Notes under the pieces: generated by a model | The model's input: only the letters and a program-made list of their open reading frames with translations | Databases searched by the model: none | Told to the model about the DNA's origin: nothing | Source: a virus | Taxonomy: Duplodnaviria; Caudoviricetes | Direction: 5' to 3' (one strand) | Virus record (IMG/VR): IMGVR_UViG_3300042477_000507 | Span: 1 to 58,851 of that record | Length of the DNA stretch: 58,851 nucleotides | Position numbers and translations under genes: made by a program | Shown here: in pieces, positions 53,206 to 58,851 of the stretch | Position numbering within the stretch: position 1 is the first letter of the stretch | Layout of the letters: every line of letters starts with the position of its first letter

Positions 53206-56200
53206 TTAGTAAGTGCCGTCATCTAGATCGCTAGTCAAGGCCAAAGTACCGGAGGCGTTGGGCAGAGACACAGTGTGATCGGCGGTTGGATCAACTGCTG
53301 AGAGAGTTGTTTCATATGCGTCCTCGGTACTTCCTTCAAAAACAAGAGCAGCAGTTGACGACAGCGCAATGTTGCCAGTCATCGTGCCGCCACTTGTCAC
53401 GAGGGCGTCATAAGTAGCCCACTCAAGACCTGTTGCGGTTCCACTGTTAGCTTTAAGGATAAAGCCATTTGTGCCAACAGCAAGCTTGGATAGCACGTTG
53501 GTGCCAGATCCTGCGATCAAATCGCCTTTCACATAACTGGTAAGTCCAGTACCGCCAACGGTTGTTGCAAGCGTGCCGCTGGTGATATTCGTGGCAATAC
53601 GGCATTCGCTACTTACTTCTTCAATTGCCGCTTGGACATTTGTGCTAGAAATCTGGCCGGCGGGCGTAAACGAAACCTGTGTAGCGACCTGAGCGATATA
53701 GGCGTCAGATGATTCAATCCGCACCCATGCAGTGCCCGTAGAAAGAATTAGGTCAGGCGGCAGAAGTCCAACTGTCGGTGCCGGACTCGTACCAGTACCC
53801 GCGTTGCTTACAATGACAAAGTAGTTTTGGTTTGTAGCGCTAGCAGCGGGCAGCGGGTTGCCGACGCTAAGGCCAAGCGAAGAACCATCTGCTGTGACTG
53901 ACGCAATTTGGTTTGTATTTGCGTCGTAAGTACCTGCAAAAATAACAGTACCTGCAGTAATACCAACCGGCTGCCAAACGTTACCGTCCCACATGTAGAC
54001 GGTGCGCTCTAGCGGATTTAAGAAGAACTGACCGATAAAATCAGCGGATGGAACCGTAGAACCGATCTGCGCCGTAGAGTAATCAGCAAGTTTGGCGGCA
54101 GTAATGCTTTCATTGGCTAGTGCAGATGAGCCGAAGGTGCCCGTTGCAATCTTGCTCGCATCCAAGCTCGGGATGTCGGCGGCGAGCAGTGAAGCCCCAG
54201 CGGTTACATGACCTTGCGCGTCAAATGTAATCTTTGTGGCTGTACCAGCAGTAACACTATTGCTGTGGTTTAATGTTCCCGTGCTAATTGATAAACCCGT
54301 GCCGGGAACAACGGCACCCTTGGTTGAGCTTGTTGCGTCAGGCAAGTCAGCAGGGACAAGCGCGCGGAAAGTTGGTGATGCTGCGTCTCCCGTAGTTGGA
54401 CCAGCGAATACGCGATTCGCCGATTGAGTGTCGAGCGTTGTTGTAATTTCAGCGCTATAAGGGTCTGGATAGGCGACGGAGAAAGTAAGTGGTGAAGAAT
54501 CAACAAATGTCAGCGAGGCAAGCGAAGCCTGGCGCAGCCAGGCAATACCGTCCCAGGTATATTCAACCGCTGTGGCTGTATTGATCCATTGTTGACCAAT
54601 AAAGGCGCCAGAACCAGATGGGTTTGCGTCAGCAACAATCGCGGCAGAGTTGTCTGCCATCTTTGCTGCAGTTACCGCATTATTAACTATTTTTGTTGTA
54701 GTGACCGAATCGGTGGCGAGCTTTGCGTTGGTTACAACGCCATCGCCAATCGTTGCAGCAAATGAACCAGTACCCGAGCCTGTTACATCACCGGTGAGCG
54801 TGATCGTCTGATCACCTGTATTAGTACCAGAGCTAGTGCCGCTAAACGTGCCGCTGAAGGTTCCATTTTGGGTTGCCAGCGTGCCCAGGCCCAGGGTGTT
54901 GCGCTGAGCAGCAGCATCAGCATCGTCGATCAACGCACGGCCCGCCGCAGTCAGCGTGATCTCTTCGACTGCCCCGGCGCCGGCAGACGAACGACCCAGC
55001 ACTCGATCAGTGCTGCTGACGTTCTGCAGCTTGTCGTAAGTGACTGCACTCGAGGCGAGCTTGGCTGTGGTAACAGCGCCTGCCCCGAGAGCGGTTGCAT
55101 CAACAGCTCCGGAGGCTAGCTTTGCTGTCGTTACAGCGCCAGTGGCAAGCTTTGCAGCAGTGACGGCTGCATCAACCAATTCGGCGGTGTTAACCGCGCC
55201 ATCGCCGATCTGCCCAGCCGTAATCGAGTTGGCTGCAATCTTGGCACCAGGAATTGAACCGTCAGCAAGATTGAGCTTGCCAGCAGCGATGGTTGCATCA
55301 GCAATTTTGGCGTTAGTGACTGCTCCATCGCCAAGCTTGGCTGTAGTGACAGCATCATCTGCGAGCTTCGCGCTCGTGACAGCAAGATTGAGAATGGCAC
55401 CAGAATCAACAGCGTTATCCGCAAGCTCGGAGGCGCCAATAGCATTAGGTGCGACTTGAGATGCGGTGATTGAATCAGTCGCAATCTTTGCTGAAGTTAC
55501 TGCGCCATCAGCGATTTTGGTAGTAGTAACGGCGGAGTCAGCAAGCTCGCTTGCTTGAACTGCACCCGCCGCGATTTGTACGCTCGTGACCGAATCGTTA
55601 ACGAGTTTGGCGCCAGGTACTGAGCCATCTGCTAGGTTCAGCTTGCCTGCGCTGATTGAGGCATTGGCGATCTTGGCATCAGTAACCGAAAGATCGCCAA
55701 GTTTCGTCGTTGTTATAGCGCCGTTGGCAATCTTGGCCTCTGTAACTGCAAGACCCTGGATGGCTGCAGTATCAACAGCATTGTCAGCAAGCTCAGAAGC
55801 ACCAACGGCATTAGGTGCAATCTGATCCGTAGTGATCGAATCAGTAGCAATCTTGCCAGCGGTTACGGCGCCACTGCCAAGCTTGTCTGTGGTAACAGAA
55901 CCATCTGCCAGCTCGCTCGTGCCAACAGCAGAAGCCCCAATCTGCGTGGCAGTAATAGAATCAGTAGCAATCTTCGCTCCAGGTACAGATCCATTGGCAA
56001 GATTTAACTTGCTATAGGCAATTGTTGCTTCTGCAATTTTGTCATTAGTGACTGCAAGATCGCCTAGTTTTGCAGTTGTGACAGCACCTCCAGCAAGCTT
56101 GGCATCGGTGACAGCAAGTGCCTGAATTGCGGCTGTATCAACTGCGTTATCGGCAAGCTCGGAAGCGCCTACCGCACTCGGCGCGATTTGGGTGGCTGTG

Positions 56201-56742
56201 ACGCTATCAGTTGCAAGCTTGGCGGTTGTAACCGCACCATCAGCTATCTTGACCGTGCTGATACTGCCGTCTGCATAGGCTGCAGTACCGAGTGCGGTAA
56301 CTTTGGCGGTAGTGACTGCACCATCGGCCAGCTTGCCTGTGGTGACTTGCAGATCGCCGATGCCGGCTAAAACTTGCTGATAGGCGCTACCATTGAAAAT
56401 CTGAAGATTGCTGGTACTGGTATTAAAGTAGCCGCGTCCTTCAAAGTTATTGGTTGTCGGAGTAGTGGTTTGAACAGCAATAGAGCTGTCGGCAGCAAGC
56501 TTTGTCGCAGTAATGGCGCCATCCGCAAGCGCAGCAGAGCCAAGTTTTGTGACGCTGGTTTGATCAAGCTTGGCGAGGTCAATCTCACCGTTATCAACTA
56601 GGTCAATGCCTGCCGCTACCAGATCCTTTGCGGTAACTTTCTTGGTTTCGCTCGCAGATATATCAGCAATAGGAAGTACGTCAGTGGCTGAAACGCCTGC
56701 TTTGGACAGCGCGTTTAATTGAGTAATACGCTGGTCGGCCAC
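53206..56742 (-). CDS. long tail fibre/shaft protein with 10-aa repeats
   Basis: 1178 aa, dozens of (L/I)ADGAVTTAK-type repeats; MADQRITQL N-terminus. Confidence 0.8.
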   Translation of the reverse strand: MADQRITQLNALSKAGVSATDVLPIADISASETKKVTAKDLVAAGIDLVDNGEIDLAKLDQTSVTKLGSAALADGAITATKLAADSSIAVQTTTPTTNNFEGRGYFNTSTSNLQIFNGSAYQQVLAGIGDLQVTTGKLADGAVTTAKVTALGTAAYADGSISTVKIADGAVTTAKLATDSVTATQIAPSAVGASELADNAVDTAAIQALAVTDAKLAGGAVTTAKLGDLAVTNDKIAEATIAYSKLNLANGSVPGAKIATDSITATQIGASAVGTSELADGSVTTDKLGSGAVTAGKIATDSITTDQIAPNAVGASELADNAVDTAAIQGLAVTEAKIANGAITTTKLGDLSVTDAKIANASISAGKLNLADGSVPGAKLVNDSVTSVQIAAGAVQASELADSAVTTTKIADGAVTSAKIATDSITASQVAPNAIGASELADNAVDSGAILNLAVTSAKLADDAVTTAKLGDGAVTNAKIADATIAAGKLNLADGSIPGAKIAANSITAGQIGDGAVNTAELVDAAVTAAKLATGAVTTAKLASGAVDATALGAGAVTTAKLASSAVTYDKLQNVSSTDRVLGRSSAGAGAVEEITLTAAGRALIDDADAAAQRNTLGLGTLATQNGTFSGTFSGTSSGTNTGDQTITLTGDVTGSGTGSFAATIGDGVVTNAKLATDSVTTTKIVNNAVTAAKMADNSAAIVADANPSGSGAFIGQQWINTATAVEYTWDGIAWLRQASLASLTFVDSSPLTFSVAYPDPYSAEITTTLDTQSANRVFAGPTTGDAASPTFRALVPADLPDATSSTKGAVVPGTGLSISTGTLNHSNSVTAGTATKITFDAQGHVTAGASLLAADIPSLDASKIATGTFGSSALANESITAAKLADYSTAQIGSTVPSADFIGQFFLNPLERTVYMWDGNVWQPVGITAGTVIFAGTYDANTNQIASVTADGSSLGLSVGNPLPAASATNQNYFVIVSNAGTGTSPAPTVGLLPPDLILSTGTAWVRIESSDAYIAQVATQVSFTPAGQISSTNVQAAIEEVSSECRIATNITSGTLATTVGGTGLTSYVKGDLIAGSGTNVLSKLAVGTNGFILKANSGTATGLEWATYDALVTSGGTMTGNIALSSTAALVFEGSTEDAYETTLSAVDPTADHTVSLPNASGTLALTSDLDDGTY

Positions 56743-56773
56743 TGTGTAACTCCGTCACAGGATATGAGCCAGT

Positions 56774-57649
56774 CTAATCCTCGACCTCTTGGAGCAAGAA
56801 GTCAACGGATTGCTGCAAGCCAATCCGATCGTCGTCTTCTTTAAGGATGTACCCAGCAGGTTCGCCAATGAGTAGGCGCACTTCCCCTGTCGTAACAAAG
56901 TCTATGCTGCATTCAACAACGTTGTCGGTATTTAGTGTGATGCCTGCGCGTGTGACAAGCGCTGTCATTTCGTAATAAACCGATTCAAGCGAAGAGTCAA
57001 GGCTGCGATCAGTGACATAAAGCACCAGATCAAACTCACTACCTATGTCAACACGTTGAATAAGTTGAAGCATGAGCAAGGGCGTTTCTTTAATACCCGT
57101 GCTCTGATAGTCAAAAAGACAGTCAATGCTTCCACCGCCACTTATCAGGCCAGCGCTATACTGTTTCTTGAATTTATCACTAAGAGCAGTTACTTCGAGT
57201 GTCTCTCGATCTGAATTAAATGTATATCCCTTGACATTTCCCAATACATTAGCGCGTAAATCACGCACTGTGTATTCAATGTCTATTGGCTCACCGACGA
57301 AAGCATAGAGTGGAATTTCACTTGCCCTAGCATTATTGACGGCATTTTCAAATGAATCAAAGAAACGCAAGCCACCAGCGGCATTGACATTGACGTAAGC
57401 GCTGATTCCGCTTTCAACTGTTGCAGAGTCCCAGGCAGAAGCAGGAAAGCAAGCAAGACCACGCGGATCTTGCGTTGAAATTTCAAGCCTGTCGCCAGTG
57501 AGCAGGTTGTCTAAGGCGGTAGAAAAACCAAGGCGGTTCAAATAAGTGTTGACATCATCAGGAGTGATGCGATCAGCAAGCTGCCCATAGTCCACCTTGG
57601 CGCCACGGCGCAAACGAATGTTGCCTGTATAGCCAAGAAAAACTGCCAT
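56774..57649 (-). CDS. tail structural protein (tube-like C-terminal half)
   Basis: V..YTFN.DRE.LEVTALSD.F....GLISGGGS. Confidence 0.7.
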   Translation of the reverse strand: MAVFLGYTGNIRLRRGAKVDYGQLADRITPDDVNTYLNRLGFSTALDNLLTGDRLEISTQDPRGLACFPASAWDSATVESGISAYVNVNAAGGLRFFDSFENAVNNARASEIPLYAFVGEPIDIEYTVRDLRANVLGNVKGYTFNSDRETLEVTALSDKFKKQYSAGLISGGGSIDCLFDYQSTGIKETPLLMLQLIQRVDIGSEFDLVLYVTDRSLDSSLESVYYEMTALVTRAGITLNTDNVVECSIDFVTTGEVRLLIGEPAGYILKEDDDRIGLQQSVDFLLQEVED

Positions 57650-57651
57650 CG

Positions 57652-58083
57652 TCAGGAAACGACTTCGATAAAGTCTCCATCCATTGTGAACTGGATGGGC
57701 ACTACGCTCAACTCTCCAGTGCTAACGCTAACTTGAGCGCTTGTAATGTAGGCATTGAATCGAATGTCATCAGCAGCGCCGCCGCCTACATTCAGGTCGA
57801 GCAGAACGCGATCAGTCTCGGCAACAGCGCCGGTGCGCATCACCTTGGTCAGCAAGTCAGTGAATTGAGTAAGCGTTGCACTTTCGCCGCTCTCGAGGCG
57901 GTAGTACATCAGGGTTGCGCTGCCAGTAGCGCCCTTGGCACCAGGCGTAAATGTATTGACAGCACTATCAATCGCATTGGTGCTCAGCAGTTCAACGGTC
58001 GTATCAAGTGACCAGTCACGAATTTTGGCGACTGGCTTGCCGTTGAAAACCAGAGAACCGCTACGCCCGGTGTAAAAGCCCAT
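57652..58083 (-). CDS. tail tube-like protein
   Basis: VAKIRDWSLDTTVELL...G.TGSATL. Confidence 0.7.
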   Translation of the reverse strand: MGFYTGRSGSLVFNGKPVAKIRDWSLDTTVELLSTNAIDSAVNTFTPGAKGATGSATLMYYRLESGESATLTQFTDLLTKVMRTGAVAETDRVLLDLNVGGGAADDIRFNAYITSAQVSVSTGELSVVPIQFTMDGDFIEVVS

Positions 58084-58103
58084 GACAGAAAGACCCGCTG
58101 CGC

Positions 58104-58851
58104 TCAGGTTAGCGGGTTGAACAGACCGTCGCTGAAGTCAGCTATCAGGCTTTGACCGCTTGAGTCGCAAGGGTGTTCAGTCGCGCGAATGCTAATTTCG
58201 CCCTCTTCATCCATTTGAACTTCAATTACACGAAATACACGCTTTTCCCTGACCGCTGTACCGAGTACAAATAGCCATCCAGCATAAATGGCAAGGCTGC
58301 TGGCTGTGTTATTTGTTACGGACGCAGTAGTACTTATTACAGCTTGACCGCTCTTGTAAAGCAGCACATTGTAAGTGCCATTTGGGACGGTTGAAGTAAG
58401 CGGGACGTTTAGCGCGCCACCCGCTTCTACCTGTCCGCTGTAAATGCTCTGCCAGCTTTGCTGGCCGTTATCGACGTAAATGTAGGCGCCAGGATACAAG
58501 GGACTGTCGGTAGGGAAAGTCTGAAATTCAATGTTCCTTCGTATATGACGCCTTTGCTGGCACAGTAATTTGCCATACATAATGGCCTGACTGCGATTGG
58601 TTACGTATTGCGATAGATCAAATGTTTGGCGAATGGCGGTAGTCTCTGTGACGCCCTTTAGTGAGATGTCAATGCTTGCATTGCGTGGAAACACGCCATC
58701 GCGCTCTGTGTTTCGATAGATGACCGTAGCGATTAGATCTTGCACACTGCTACCGTAATCAATAAATTCTTCTCTGTATGAACCCTCTAATATGTTGCCT
58801 GCCGTAAACATCGCAGTAATCGGTACTGTTCTCTTGATCAACCCAGCATTG
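58104..58851 (-). CDS. central tail / host-specificity protein, C-terminal part (partial)
   Basis: Frame open to window end; FTAGNI, FDLS.YVT...QA, FRV.EV...EEGE..I.A.EHP. Confidence 0.7.
   Translation of the reverse strand, partial: NAGLIKRTVPITAMFTAGNILEGSYREEFIDYGSSVQDLIATVIYRNTERDGVFPRNASIDISLKGVTETTAIRQTFDLSQYVTNRSQAIMYGKLLCQQRRHIRRNIEFQTFPTDSPLYPGAYIYVDNGQQSWQSIYSGQVEAGGALNVPLTSTVPNGTYNVLLYKSGQAVISTTASVTNNTASSLAIYAGWLFVLGTAVREKRVFRVIEVQMDEEGEISIRATEHPCDSSGQSLIADFSDGLFNPLT

Noticed and set aside
53206-56742. Repeats in the 1178-aa fibre as recombinase modules
   Set aside because: These are protein-level 10-aa repeats with free synonymous variation; no consistent TAG-N8-ACT register seen.

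Overview
This window is most of the genome of a tailed dsDNA phage, a siphovirus-like cyanophage. The host call rests on a cyanobacterial-type RpoD-like sigma factor, a cyAbrB-like regulator and cyanophage-type tail fibres. Both window ends fall inside minus-strand tail genes, and no tape-measure gene is visible. Layout: head/neck/tail genes and terL on the minus strand (1-11.6 kb); a compositionally odd interval between terL and a probable terS (12.7-15.6 kb); about 30 small minus-strand early genes driven by repeated near-consensus sigma70 promoter + hairpin modules (15.8-28 kb); a plus-strand replication/recombination/nucleotide-metabolism arm (28-46.5 kb) containing a small-ORF cassette array (36.5-39 kb) and a structured intergenic RNA candidate (40.5-40.8 kb); then lysis genes, a tyrosine recombinase and tail fibres on the minus strand. 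Best candidate for a new system: a quasi-palindromic TAGT-N7-ACTA-type site occurs seven times, all in one reading-frame register, at the module junctions of the 959-aa tail fibre. The same site brackets a 65-aa ORF lying between that fibre and a short tyrosine recombinase, and recurs at gene junctions of the 36.5-39 kb array. This suggests an integron/shufflon-like, recombinase-driven cassette system. Family assignments are from recognised motifs and synteny, not database searches. The supplied ORF track labels 9305..10249 as minus, but that translation is on the plus strand.
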